From: a virus
Virus record (IMG/VR): IMGVR_UViG_3300044980_000010
Span: 1-64,000 of that record
Length of the DNA stretch: 64,000 nucleotides
Direction: 5' to 3' (one strand)
Shown here piece by piece: positions 1 to 10,878 of the stretch. The notes beneath the pieces are model-generated. The model saw only the letters and a list, made by a program, of their open reading frames with translations. It did no database searches and had not been told where the DNA came from. Position 1 is the stretch's first letter. Each line of letters starts with the position of its first letter. Position numbers and translations under genes: made by a program.

Positions 1-1
1 G

Positions 2-304
2 TACTACGATGCACTGGGAAACCCTTTGCCTCGTCCTCGACCGTTCGATCAACGCGCAGCACTCATCCACAGCGAAATCTCAGAAGCCTTCGAGGGGTGG
101 CGTAAGGATTTGATGGACGAACACCTGCCTCATCGCAAAGCCATGGAGTGTGAGTTGGCCGATGCAATCATCCGCATTCTTGACTGTGCCGCAGACAACG
201 GATTCGACATCGGAGGAGCAGTAGTCGAGAAGCTACTCTACAACCGTAAACGCGCAGACCACTCCAACGAGGCTCGTCTATCAGAGCACGGAAAGAAGTG
301 CTAG
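2..304 (+). CDS. MazG-like all-alpha NTP pyrophosphohydrolase (5' truncated by window)
   Basis: Frame open from base 2; 'ALIHSEISEAFEGWRK...ECELADAIIRILD...VVEKLLYNRKR' fits the phage MazG-like ExxE/ExxD pattern. Confidence 0.75.
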   Translation, partial: YYDALGNPLPRPRPFDQRAALIHSEISEAFEGWRKDLMDEHLPHRKAMECELADAIIRILDCAADNGFDIGGAVVEKLLYNRKRADHSNEARLSEHGKKC

Positions 305-745
305 ATGCTTCCATACGTCGTCAAAGTTGACCGCAAGAAGCAGAACTTCACCACCTACATAGGTCGAGCGTGGGCTGGCCTGCCAGAATCAAAGTGGCAC
401 AACCCATTTCACGAATGGCAGTACGGTCGAGCAGCTTGCATTGCCGAGTTTGAGCGGTACGTTCGAGGGAGCAACTTAATGAAGTTCATCCCTGAGCTAT
501 CAGATCAGGCTCTGGGTTGTTGGTGCTACCCTGAGCACTGCCACGGCGACGTGCTGGTCAAGATTTACAAGGAAGTGTGCCAGCCGGGAGTAGGAGACAT
601 GGCGCAGGCTGTGAACATGCACGGGGACTTCATGCTCCCAGAGCCGCTGATGGTCGAGTACATCACCAAACCGTTCAACGAAGAGTGGGTGAAGTTGTCT
701 GGACAGTTGGGACTGGTTCCCAGAAAGCAGGTTGTATGGCCTTAA
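305..745 (+). CDS. DUF4326-type protein
   Basis: YIGR...SKWHNPF...LGCWCYPEHCHGDVL motif. Confidence 0.75.
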   Translation: MLPYVVKVDRKKQNFTTYIGRAWAGLPESKWHNPFHEWQYGRAACIAEFERYVRGSNLMKFIPELSDQALGCWCYPEHCHGDVLVKIYKEVCQPGVGDMAQAVNMHGDFMLPEPLMVEYITKPFNEEWVKLSGQLGLVPRKQVVWP

Positions 746-1188
746 AAAAAGCGTACACTGACGGCGCTTGCAGATTGGGAAACCCCGGCGTCACGAGTTG
801 TGCGTGGGTGATGTATGAGGGCGAGAAAGAGATTGCCTTCGACACACGCTACCTCGGGCACCAGCGCCATACGAACAACTACGCCGAGTACCAAGGGCTG
901 ATCCTGCTGCTAGAGCACCTTTATCGCTACAGCATCAGGAACGTGATCATTCACTCTGATTCCGAGTTGGTAGTGAATCAGACGCTTGGAAACTGGGCGA
1001 TCAACCAAGACGACCTTCGTGGGTTCGCGGCAAAAGCCTACGGCCTGCTGACTCAGGGCTGTCACGTGTTGAAGCACATCAAAGGGCACGACGGAAACAC
1101 AGGCAACGAGCGAGCAGATCAACTCTGCAACATCACGCTCGACGAAAATATGGAGGCGTATGCAAAGTTTTCTCAGCAGTCTTCGTAG
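736..1188 (+). CDS. rnhA: Ribonuclease HI family protein
   Basis: YTDGAC..NPG, TNNYAEY, SDSELVV, HIKGH..N..AD motifs; ATG at 736 overlaps upstream gene end. Confidence 0.9.
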   Translation: MALKKAYTDGACRLGNPGVTSCAWVMYEGEKEIAFDTRYLGHQRHTNNYAEYQGLILLLEHLYRYSIRNVIIHSDSELVVNQTLGNWAINQDDLRGFAAKAYGLLTQGCHVLKHIKGHDGNTGNERADQLCNITLDENMEAYAKFSQQSS

Positions 1189-1411
1189 CATCCTGCGCGG
1201 CTACTGGCTAGTGCTTGAGCGCGATGCTCGTGCGGCGTTCACCGCTTGCCGAAAATGCAAGACCTTGGGTGCATACCCATGCAGCATCTGCGGACTCGTA
1301 CCTCTGTGCGAACGATGCGCTCGTGAGGAGAGCATCAAGCTGGACAAGCACAAGACGACTCGTGCGTACGTCAGGGCCGGAGGCTTCGGTAGCTACAGTG
1401 AAACCATCTAA
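1160..1411 (+). CDS. Small Cys-rich (Zn-binding) hypothetical protein
   Basis: Three CxxC pairs; SD GGAGG upstream. Confidence 0.5.
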   Translation: MQSFLSSLRSILRGYWLVLERDARAAFTACRKCKTLGAYPCSICGLVPLCERCAREESIKLDKHKTTRAYVRAGGFGSYSETI

Positions 1412-1733
1412 GGAGTGGGTCGATTTCTTCGATCCATCTCTCGACCGAACATGGATTCCCACCACATGGTACGGCCAGATGCTATATGGGTTCACTGATC
1501 AGTTCCTGTACTACTTCATCGTGTGCGCGAACATGAGAGCCGTCGCAATCGGCCTAAAGGTCGCAACGGTGAGCACAGATGTGCTGATCACTCTGCAAGG
1601 ATTCATAGGGCACAAGGTTTCAATCGACAGAACAGAAGCACGCACTTGGTGGGTTGGGGCAGGACAGTCAATCGGCGGCGGACTCGGAAGTATACTCAGC
1701 ATCTGGGTGACGCAGAGGATATTCGGGAGGTAG
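1398..1733 (+). CDS. Hypothetical membrane protein
   Basis: GTG start in operon; hydrophobic segments and a GGGLG helix. Confidence 0.5.
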   Translation: MKPSKEWVDFFDPSLDRTWIPTTWYGQMLYGFTDQFLYYFIVCANMRAVAIGLKVATVSTDVLITLQGFIGHKVSIDRTEARTWWVGAGQSIGGGLGSILSIWVTQRIFGR

Positions 1734-1734
1734 C

Positions 1735-2007
1735 ATGGCACGTTTACTCAAGAGAACACCAGTGGAAGCACCCAAGCCTCTCCCTGCACGCGGCAAAGAG
1801 GAAGAGCCGGAGACGTACACCTGCAAAGGTGTGGAGACTGATCTGAAGCCTGAGGACAAAGTTCCTCTGATGGGAATGTGTGTCGATTGTGGCATGCACG
1901 CCTCGCACTCTGAAGTGGATCACCTCTGCTACAACTGCCACAAGTTGAAAGCAGGGTTCGTATTTGATGAAGACCTGAAGCGTTGGGTCAAGAAGGGGAA
2001 GAAATAA
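1735..2007 (+). CDS. Small Zn-finger hypothetical protein
   Basis: CVDC...CYNCH; SD GGAGG. Confidence 0.55.
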   Translation: MARLLKRTPVEAPKPLPARGKEEEPETYTCKGVETDLKPEDKVPLMGMCVDCGMHASHSEVDHLCYNCHKLKAGFVFDEDLKRWVKKGKK

Positions 2008-2432
2008 TGGGATGCGATTCTCAGTTCGACGAACCAAAACAGCGCGGTGACGTGGAGTCTTATCAAGGAGTGAAGAGACTGGTCAAGGACAACGGGCCGC
2101 GTATTGACACAACCCGTATGGCAACTTTACCTGCGCCTCCGGCGTGGAAGTTGAAGGAAACCAGCACGGGGCAGTTCACTCGGGACTTCGATGTACCCGG
2201 ACAGACTGGGCCTGTCGTGGTGGAAGAGAAAGCACTGGAGCCTCTGCAATCGGAGCGCCCACCGCTGATGGAGTTCGAGCAGAAGCTGAAGAGCCTGATC
2301 AACAAGTACTCCATGGAGAACCTGAGCGGCACGCCAGACTTTATCCTCGCGGAGTTTATGGCTCACTGCCTGAAGACTTTCAATCTGGTTACACGCGCTC
2401 GTGAGCACTGGTATGGTCGGAGGGTGTTCTGA
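2007..2432 (+). CDS. Phage hypothetical protein (LINKYSMEN..TPDFILAE domain)
   Basis: Coupled TAATG start; C-terminal helical motif I recognise from phage proteins, function unknown. Confidence 0.6.
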   Translation: MGCDSQFDEPKQRGDVESYQGVKRLVKDNGPRIDTTRMATLPAPPAWKLKETSTGQFTRDFDVPGQTGPVVVEEKALEPLQSERPPLMEFEQKLKSLINKYSMENLSGTPDFILAEFMAHCLKTFNLVTRAREHWYGRRVF

Positions 2433-4296
2433 TGGAGCACACAGAAGCGGTGGTGCAGACTACGATCAGCCTGCATCAAGTCCTGAACGCTCTGGATCAG
2501 TTGTCTTACGATTATCCATGTGAGCGGTTGGCTCCGGCTCAGATCGAGCGCATCGAGGGCGCGGCACGAGTGTTCGGCCAGCGCCTAGCAGAGTACAGGA
2601 TCGCGGCGCAGAAGAAGACAATCGAAAACGCGGTCGCCGGATTGCCGGACTTGCACTACGATGGAAAGCAACAGGTGTGGAAATGACGACTCACGCAAAA
2701 CTCAGTTACATCAAGAGCGCGATCCGAATCCTCGGGTATGCGAACCTGTTCTACGTTTCTCATCACCCTCCCATCTGGGGAGCCGCAGCACTTCTGATCC
2801 TTGCAGAGATCATCGGGATCGTAGAGGAGTTTGGACAATGAACTCAGCATTGATCAGCGCATACGAGTTCAGGACGAACCCAAAGATCGTGGAGACGATC
2901 ATTGACAAGTTTCTGAACGTCAACAACACCGGGACTCTGTGGCTTCACATGGAGCGCAACGGGTCCACCGAGAGCGAAGAGATACAGCGCAACCGCGTTA
3001 ACAAGTGGATCAAGGACCGATGGAACGACGGAGGAGACTTCAGCGACACGGTAATGTTGCTGCTGGACTTCGAGAACTTCTTGCTCACAGAATCAACCCT
3101 GCGGTTTATTGAGTCCAAGAAAAAGGAAGTGAACGATGAACCTGCCAGAGACGTATAACATCACTGTTGATCCTCTGGATCGCAGAGCACTGCCGAGACC
3201 AGAGATCATCCAGTTCACTGCGCGGTACGACTACCTGCTGGCGCTCGCTCACACCGATCACTTCATCTTCCACTGCCCTATCTGGAAAGATGAAGGCAGT
3301 CTGATCAAGGCGGCAATGGGTGAGTAACCTCTGGGAAGTATTCCGCGAAGTGGGTGAACTCTACATCGAGAGTCCAGACAAGGACACTCGCGTGCATGTT
3401 GTGAACACCAACGACGTGCGCTTTGCTCGCGCACTTTGCCATCTGCTGAACAGGACGCCGATTCACGACCTGAAGCGCACCATGGAAGAGATGGATCAAC
3501 GAGGAGTGCCACATGTTGGCTGACAAGCTGGGGCAGGAACTCAAGCCGGGGCGCTGGATCGTCTACGGTCATAACTTAGGAAGATGCGCCGGACTTCGCA
3601 TCGGGCTGTTACTAGCAGCGGAAATGGGAGAATCCAGTTTCCACGGCGTGCCTACTCCATGGAATAGGCAGGACCGCATCACAGTGTGGAGCATCGACGA
3701 TAACCACATAGAGTATCATAGGTTCCACCCGGAAGATGAATGGGCACGACCGAAGCCGTTGAGCAAGAAGAGCACGTTGCTCTTTTCCAGCCGCTGCTTG
3801 GTGATCCCAACAGAGTTGGTTCCTGAGCAGTATAGAAAGCAAATTGCAGAACTCACAAAGGAGAAGCATGCTTAAACGCACATCGAAGATTTACGCCAAG
3901 GACAACAAGCTGGAGATCGAAATCACGATCAGGATCAAGCAGAAAGAGTTCGGCTCATACGCTGCCGTCTCTGAGGCCAGCAGCACACTGAAGAGGATCG
4001 AGGACGAGATCACAGAGAATGTCTTCACCAAACGCTATCACGCTCGCAACATTCAGTTCTCAGCATAACCCTGACTAGGCGACATGAAGATACACGACTT
4101 GAAAAAGCAATGCGAGGACGAAGCCGTTCGCAACGGAGCGCAGTTCATCGTGCTCGTCGCAGATCACTTCCCTCGCGCTGGGTTTCCCAGAGGAGAGTTG
4201 CTGTGCGTGAACTCAGATAGGAAGCAGGTTCGTCGCTTCAAGATTCAAGCGGTGCTCACAGCACTGGACAAGATCATTGCATCACAGAACACATAG
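2432..4296 (+). CDS. Run of translationally coupled small hypothetical genes (2432-2686, 2683-2841, 2838-3158, 3136-3327, 3320-3523, 3513-3875, 3868-4068, 4084-4296)
   Basis: Overlapping stop/start junctions and SD sites, same strand. Confidence 0.6.
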
Positions 4297-4305
4297 CCTC
4301 ACACT

Positions 4306-4338
4306 GGCCCCGCGCCTTTGTGGGGCTATTTTTTTTTG
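4306..4338 (+). terminator. Rho-independent terminator
   Basis: GGCCCCGC/GTGGGGCT hairpin followed by T10. Confidence 0.85.
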
Positions 4339-4467
4339 GCCCAACGGCCTCCGGCTCGCGCCGCTTTCTGCCGCAGGCTTCCCGATTTTTTCCGTGAGGA
4401 CCGCAGCTACCGCGTGTCGCCAAGCGTGTGATCTTCGCGTTCTTCTCTCAGGCAGTCCAGACAACTG

Positions 4468-4926
4468 CTAGCCCTTGCATGGTTTGTTCCAGTGACGCAA
4501 ATACTTGGCAGCGGCTTCGCATCTTTCCGGTGAGTCCTTCAGTAGTCCTATAGCTGAGTTGCAGCCGGGGCACAGCAATGCTCTGGGCACTGGAGGTTTG
4601 CCGTGTTTGTGGTCCGGCACCAACTGCTCTTCACCTTGGCCATGCGGTTGCTCAGGCATTTCTCCGCAGATCGCACAGCGATTACTCTGGGCTTGCTTGG
4701 CAGTTTCAAAGCTGTCTGGCGTCCACCCTTTGTAGCGCAGTGATAGCCTGCGGTTTCTCTCTTTGGTTGTCTCCTCCGGCGCTGCCTCTCCGCGCACCCA
4801 CTGTCGAGACCCAGTTCCACCTCGGGCACGGCTTTGTCCGGCCAGTTCTTTGCAGCGACGATTGCAATACTTCTGCCGCGCTACGCGAGGGGAAAAATCC
4901 CCGTTACACCACAAGCACTTCTTCAT
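4468..4926 (-). CDS. Endonuclease VII-like (His-Me) nuclease with N-terminal Zn finger
   Basis: Q.NRCAICG...DHKH...PRALLCPGCNSAIGLLKDS; SD GGAGG before ATG 4926. Confidence 0.8.
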   Translation of the reverse strand: MKKCLWCNGDFSPRVARQKYCNRRCKELAGQSRARGGTGSRQWVRGEAAPEETTKERNRRLSLRYKGWTPDSFETAKQAQSNRCAICGEMPEQPHGQGEEQLVPDHKHGKPPVPRALLCPGCNSAIGLLKDSPERCEAAAKYLRHWNKPCKG

Positions 4927-4949
4927 TGTGTGTTCCTCCAACTACCTTC

Positions 4950-4979
4950 AGTATATCACAATAGGGTGGTCATTGTCAA
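4950..4979 (-). promoter_or_regulatory. Sigma70-type promoter for the left EndoVII gene
   Basis: TTGACA-18 bp-TATACT on minus strand. Confidence 0.75.
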
Positions 4980-5210
4980 TTTCTAAACGGGTGGTCATGT
5001 ATCATTCTGAGACTAACTGAGCGTTTGCAACGAGTTAGCTTCGCAGTGGTCCTGCCATCTTACTGAATACACTGACTTGGCGTTTTCCAAGGCCGCGCCT
5101 GTGGAACATTTATGAGCACATTCACCCCCGCGTCCGCAAGGAGGCCCCGTTTTCAGGGGTATGCCCCCGGTTGATCTTCACCAAGGATTCGCCCTAGGTC
5201 GGGCTGGGCC

Positions 5211-5548
5211 TTCGCTCTGTGTTCGCCCCGCGTCTGTGTTCGGTGGTCGAGCCTTCGCCTTGCATTCGCCCCGGCGCTCGCCACGCACCAGAGCCTGACC
5301 GTACGCTATACGCCTTCCCTTCGCCGCCCGAGCTACGGGTGAGTGAGAGGCAGGAGCACAGGGTGTTCCCATGCATTCGCTTTGTGTTCGCCCTACCGTT
5401 TCTTTGCTATGACTTAGCTTCGCCATGCATTCGCTATGTCGTTGCAACGCAAGGATCGAGGCTTTCGCAAGGCGTTCGCCACGTTCAGGTGCCATGGGAA
5501 CAGGGCGATGAGTTGGGGCGGGGAAACCCACGGCGAATGCAGAGCGAA
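5211..5548. repeat. Array of TTCGC-N6-TTCGC motifs (5 direct, 1 inverted)
   Basis: Copies at 5211-5226, 5254-5269, 5376-5391, 5419-5434, 5464-5479; inverted copy GCGAA-N6-GCGAA at 5533-5548. Confidence 0.8.
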
Positions 5549-5894
5549 GACTGGGAGTGAGCGAGGAGGATGCAAGGCGAATGAAATGAGAAGGTTAGGC
5601 AGTGGCTTGGTGGCTCAGTGTGTGTTACAACCTGTAGCGTTACACCGTGTAACAAGGCTAGGCAAGGACTCGGGTGTTCGCTATTTGTTTGTTATCAATA
5701 TGTTAACTGGCCTTCATCCATGCTAACACCTACAAAGCAAACGCATGGCAATATGCTGGGGAAACGCACGGAGGGAACACAGCCGTCCCATGGTGCTACG
5801 CTGTGCCTGTCTCCTGTGTGCTTACTCCTGCTGGCATTACGAGTCGTCGGCGCGAAGCTAGGCGCACCGTGTACGCTCAGGCACAACTTAGCTA

Positions 5895-5923
5895 TTGACA
5901 GAGCTAGCATTCCGTGGTATACT
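5895..5923 (+). promoter_or_regulatory. Sigma70-type promoter for the right EndoVII gene
   Basis: TTGACA-17 bp-TATACT with extended TG. Confidence 0.85.
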
Positions 5924-5943
5924 GAAAGTAGATGGAGGAACTA

Positions 5944-6384
5944 ATGCCAAACCAATACAGCCGGACCACTCACTGCAAGCGCAGGCACGAGCGGACGCCG
6001 GAGAACACCACGAAGCGCGGAGGCTGCAAACAGTGCCTAGCGATCCGCAAAGCGAACTGGACGAAAGCCCACCCCGGCGCACAGCATGAGCTAGACCGAA
6101 AGAGGAAGAGGCAGCAAACTGGATGGACAGAGGAACGCTTCGCCACCGCGATGTGTGAGCAAGGCGGGCGCTGTGCCAACACCGCGTGCGGAGTAGAACT
6201 AGTCATCGGCGGACCAAACACTGAGGAGCGATGCTGCGAAGACCACGAGCACAGCGCGGCTGTGCCAACTCCCAGAGGCTTGCTCTGCAATCGCTGCAAT
6301 CGGTCGCTTGGGCATATTGAGAACGATCTAGATCGCGTGGCCGGACTGCTGGCGTATCTCAGGCGCTACGGGAAACACCTGTAG
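5944..6384 (+). CDS. Endonuclease VII-like nuclease
   Basis: THCKRRH..TPENT N-terminus; QGGRCA..CG...DHEH...PRGLLCNRCNRSLG. Confidence 0.8.
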   Translation: MPNQYSRTTHCKRRHERTPENTTKRGGCKQCLAIRKANWTKAHPGAQHELDRKRKRQQTGWTEERFATAMCEQGGRCANTACGVELVIGGPNTEERCCEDHEHSAAVPTPRGLLCNRCNRSLGHIENDLDRVAGLLAYLRRYGKHL

Positions 6385-6689
6385 AGGCACCAGCGCGGCG
6401 CATACGCTTCGATTCTAGCTAGGTTCTGCCCTCTGGTGACAGTCAGAGCCATGGCGCGGACGGCGAGCGCACAGCGGACGCCTAGCGGTCTATATAGTAA
6501 GGTCCGGCATGGTGAAACGCCTGCAAGTGCAGCCGATTCAAAGGCATAGCACGAAGGTGCTAGTGGCAGTGGCCCGATAGTTGTAATCAGCCCAACTTTA
6601 TTCGCTTTGTTTGCAACACTTTGGCACCAAAGTGCCATGCCTTCGCACTTTTGTGCTGTTTTCGTACACGCCCCATGGGCTATGATGGC

Positions 6690-7290
6690 TTCAGTCGCCG
6701 GAGTCCTCCACCGGATGGGCGATCAGCAAAGCCGATATGTCAAGAGGCCGAGCGGGGTTCCCGAGCACGCCGTCAGGTAGATGCGAGGGAGAGTTCAAAG
6801 GCCAATGAAGCGAGCGGCGCACAAAGAGCGCAGCGACGGCAAGCAGTGAGCCGGACACAATCACTAGGCACTTCGCAGAGCACGGAGCGAAGCGACTGAC
6901 AGCATTCCATGGGGTAGGCGACCGAAGGCAACTAGGGCGCGTAGGAACATGGCGTGAGACCAACACCGCAAGACATCAGCCGCACACACGCACCGCAAGC
7001 CGAGCGATTCAGACCGAAGCGAAGACATATAAGGGGAAGCAATCGCAACTACCAGCTTGATCCGTTCTGACGGGCAATCACTGGCGTGACGCCGCGAACC
7101 AACCGCACCTTATATCGAATGGGAACCTTCGCAATAGGACAGCCGAAGCCGTACTGATCAAGTGGACGAAGGCAGACTGTAGAGCGCACGCTGTGAAGCG
7201 TACGCAAAGCACAATGCCCAACCGAGCCCCACATCATTACGTTAAACCCAACGACTACAAAGTCGCTGGCGAGTGAACCTGCACAGAGTG
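6690..7290 (+). ncRNA. Candidate large structured non-coding RNA / leader
   Basis: About 600 nt with no credible SD-led ORF; many complementary segments with A-rich linkers; TATGAT at 6681. Confidence 0.35.
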
Positions 7291-7293
7291 AAC

Positions 7294-7412
7294 CTGTGCT
7301 GTATGAAGTGCATTGCGTCTCATGCCCGAAACCCTCCGACAATGGGAACTTAACTGAAACCCTATAGGACTGAGAGTAGGCCCATCATCGTAATGCATTT
7401 CATACAGCACAG
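7294..7412 (+). ncRNA. Long-stem RNA element A (24-bp stem, 71-nt loop)
   Basis: 7294-7317 pairs with 7389-7412; the only deviations are two G-U pairs. Confidence 0.65.
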
Positions 7413-7524
7413 CGAGCGACCCATGCAGCGAGCGACCCACAGCGCACATCTTGAGCAAGTGTACTGCTTATGCAAACTCTAAATGGTCACACAGACCAGA
7501 GCCTAAGATCAGTAGGCATGAGCA

Positions 7525-10500
7525 GTGCGATTCACTCAAGCCAAACACGGAGGATACGACAATGGCGATCCGTGCCGTGCAGAGGTGCCACGAAAGAACG
7601 CTGGCAGCGTCAACGGCTACTATGTAGAGATCGAAGCCAGTGCGTCAGAGTACGGGCAGAGTTTGAACATAGACCACTTGAGCGTGGAGCAGGCAGAGCA
7701 CATCCTGCAATACCTCAAGGCACAGCCGAAGCGCAGCTAACACGTCAGCCCTTCCCATAACTCACATCTTGCACCACACAGGAGACCACCATGGCAACTC
7801 GCATCGCTCAGAAGTACGCAAACAAACTCCAAGGACAACGGTTCGATGATGCCATCAGCATCTGTGAGCACGTGTCACGCGAGTACGGCGAAGAACTGAC
7901 CGTCAACGATGGCCGCGCCGTTTACAATGCAATCACACCAGCACCCACCAGACTCGACTACCATGTTGAGTTAGCCACAGCACGCGAGTAAAAGGAGAAC
8001 GCCATGTTTGGACTGCAAGAGATCGTCGCACTCAACAACGGCAGCGCACGCATCGTGCCTGCTGCTACGCTCGAACTGAGCACGAATGCCGCTGCACTAC
8101 GCGCCGCAGTCACAGCGCGTGACAGCGTGCATGGTTCGCAACCTGACGCCAACGCTGAAGAGCTACGGCGGCAGAACGCTGGAGGCTTTTGCAGTGGCTG
8201 TGGCAGCACGACGGGTCACTTTGACTTCTGCTACATCGTGAGAGGTCACCGTGGCTAAGAGGGAGCCGATCAAAGAGGGAATCAACAACCTGCTGTACAT
8301 CGTGGTGCTGGCGCTGGGAGTCATCGCCGCGATGTACATACACAGCACTGGCATACACTAGGAGGTGTGCTTTGAAATCACTCGCAGAACTCAAGCGCAG
8401 CATTCACAACGGCTCGCTCCTCAAGATGGTGCGTCACGACTGGTTCAAGGGTGGCGCAATGACTGTGCATGGCAACACTGGCACCTCACAACTCAAAGGG
8501 AACCTGCTTGGAGTCGTGAGACCTGTGACGCTGGTGCAGGCTAACCAGATCGCACTGGAAAAGCCCATCGCAATCGGCAAAGGCTGCTGGCAAGGCGACG
8601 GCAAGAAGTCGTACCTGACTTGGCCGAAGGCGAGCAACGTGCGATTCACAGAGCGCAATGACAATGGCGTGACCGTGCAGGGATTCGAGATCGACCTGAA
8701 CGGCGACGGCAAGTTCAGCGACATCATGGCCTATGAAGATGTCACGTACAAAGCCAACACGCACTGCGAATGCGGAGCAGCTTACGACGTAGTGAGCGGA
8801 GGCTACCTCTGCGCTAGATGAGTACTGACTGACACGCTACCACGGATAACCCGCCAAACGGGACAAACTACTGGTCGCAAGGCGTGCAGACAAGCAACGG
8901 GCTATACGTGAAAGCCCACAGCGAAGCGCGTGACCGCGTGTACAGCATTCTGGTCCGTGGGATTCGGATAAAGCCTGGCCAGACACCAGAGTGCTGTGCG
9001 AGTACGTCACACGGAGGCAATCATGCTCAGTCTCACCAACGATCCTAACCTGACGCTCACAGAGCGCATCGAAGCAGAGCAACGACGCCGTGAGCAGGGC
9101 AACTGGGTGGCAGCTTGCAACGGCACGGAAACACCATTCACTACGCGCACAGGGCGCAGGCTGCTGTACTGCTGGCAACCAAGCACAGGCCGTCACGCTT
9201 ACCTCGATGTCAACGTGGACCTGATTCTGAGCGACGAGGAAGCACGGCTCGCACTCGCAACTTACTAGGAGGACGCTATGAAGTTTTTCACCTATCGCTG
9301 GCTGCACATTCCCACAGGCACAGGCGGCATCAAGTCGGAAACGTTTGTCAGCCGCGAGTCATTCCTGTCCTTTCTCAATAGCTGTAATCGCTCACTGCCG
9401 GGACACTGGCAGTACTGGGAGGCGTGAGCCATGGCACCCCAGTGGATGGATCAAGGCAAGATGTCACGCAAAGAAGCTGTGAAGCTAGGCCGTCACTGGA
9501 CGGCGCTAGGCCACGCAATCAGGACTGAGCCGCTGCACTGGCGCAACATGGTGCGCGTGTACCTCAAGATCACACGGAGACCGCAATGAACCACATCGAC
9601 AAGCAGATCGCGGACATCAGCAGGCGCATTGCAGCAGTGGAGCGCAGAGGGAAGGTAGTCTATACGCAAGAGATTGCAGGCTACACCATCCAGCTTCGCA
9701 AGCGCAGCGCCAACAGTTTTACAGTCGTCTACGGCAAGCAAGTGAAGCCGTTGCTATCCTACGCGGACGCCGCGAAGGAGCTAGGCCAGTGCATCATGCA
9801 CGCGCTGGCATGCGAAGGACGACTCGACTGACTTCTTAGGAGGCACGCATGAAACTCAACTAGGCTGGCACGCCTTGAAGTGGGAACATTGCATTGCTGG
9901 AACCTAATCAACCGCAACACTAATAGCGCAGGAGGCGCAACGTTATGAAACCCGTGCTGGTCAAAGCCAGCAGCAGAGGATAGGAACACAGGCGCACCGT
10001 CTGTGTCCTCTGTCAGCACCGGATATTAGAATCGGATCAAGACCTGCTCAGTAGCCGCGACTATAGCGCGGAGACTCAGTGACCGATGGTGCTAACAGAA
10101 GGCACAGACACAAGGAGACCACCATGAGTGAAAGCACAATCCGCATTCCACACAAGATTGGCAGCGAGTCAGAGTTAGCTGCTACATGCGCTGCTCTTCT
10201 GAAAGAGGGCGTGTTGTTTGAAGCTACGGACGAAGGGCGCGAGTACGTCATCGTCCTGAAAGGATACTGACATGGCATTCGGAGTAGAGATCGAAGTCGC
10301 AGGCCGTAGACGCTGGATCGAGCGTCATGTGCCACTGACACAGCGCGGAGTGCTTGGCAACATTCCGATTGAAGCAGTCGTGACTGTGCAGGCCGATGGT
10401 CACGAACTGGACGAGATCATTCACACCTTCAGCAACGTACCGTGGTCAACGGCTCGCGTCAACAAGTGGCGCGGAGAATGGGCGCGGTTCATCGTTGAGA

Positions 10501-10878
10501 ATCTTCCGTACTGAGGAGCACCATGAGCACAGCATCAAAAGTCGCAGCACACAAAGAGGCGCACCCAGAACTGTACTGTCCGCACACGCGCTGCTTATGG
10601 CGCACAGGTGGATCGCTGTGCAAACGCCACGCATCCGCGCTGGCAACTGGGAAGCCAAAGGAGGAAGCATGCAGCCCGACCACTACACCTTCGCCAGCTA
10701 CGAAAGCACAGGCAATGCTCTAGGCTTGGCAGGCGCATGGGAATGCACAATAAATCTCAGGCGTCACGGTTACAAAACACGACTGGCAACGCGGCAGATC
10801 ACGAGGACCACCATCGTGCAGACTGTAGTAGCAACTCCCCCGGCGCGGCCCACACGTGCAGAGCGAGGTCTACTGTGA
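7525..10878 (+). CDS. Cluster of small early-type genes (7525-7740, 7791-7991, 8004-8258, 8372-8821, 9023-9268, 9278-9427, 9586-9831, 10124-10270, 10272-10514, 10523-10723, 10668-10878)
   Basis: Short ORFs, most with strong AGGAG/GGAGG SD; typical host-takeover region. Confidence 0.6.
8929..9013 (+). ncRNA. Long-stem RNA element B
   Basis: 8940-8954 pairs with 8985-8999 (15 bp, 2 G-U), extended by CGTGAC/GTCAC; small hairpins upstream. Confidence 0.5.
9999..10109 (+). ncRNA. Long-stem RNA element C
   Basis: 9999-10020 pairs with 10088-10109 (22 positions, 1 G-U, 2 C-A); inner ATCGG/CCGAT and CCGCG/CGCGG helices. Confidence 0.55.

Noticed and set aside
5100-5110. parS site for the ParB-like protein
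   Set aside because: Only a half-site (GTGGAACA); the palindrome is incomplete
5211-5548. CRISPR array
   Set aside because: Repeats are only 16 bp, degenerate, irregularly spaced and partly inverted; no cas genes
6560-6640. Sigma54 promoter in TGGCAC-containing palindromes
   Set aside because: GG-to-GC spacing is 9 rather than 10, or the -12 GC is missing
7319-7362. Solitary CRISPR repeat (RNA anti-CRISPR) in the loop of stem A
   Set aside because: Only the terminal CTGAAAC resembles a repeat end; not supportable without a host repeat comparison
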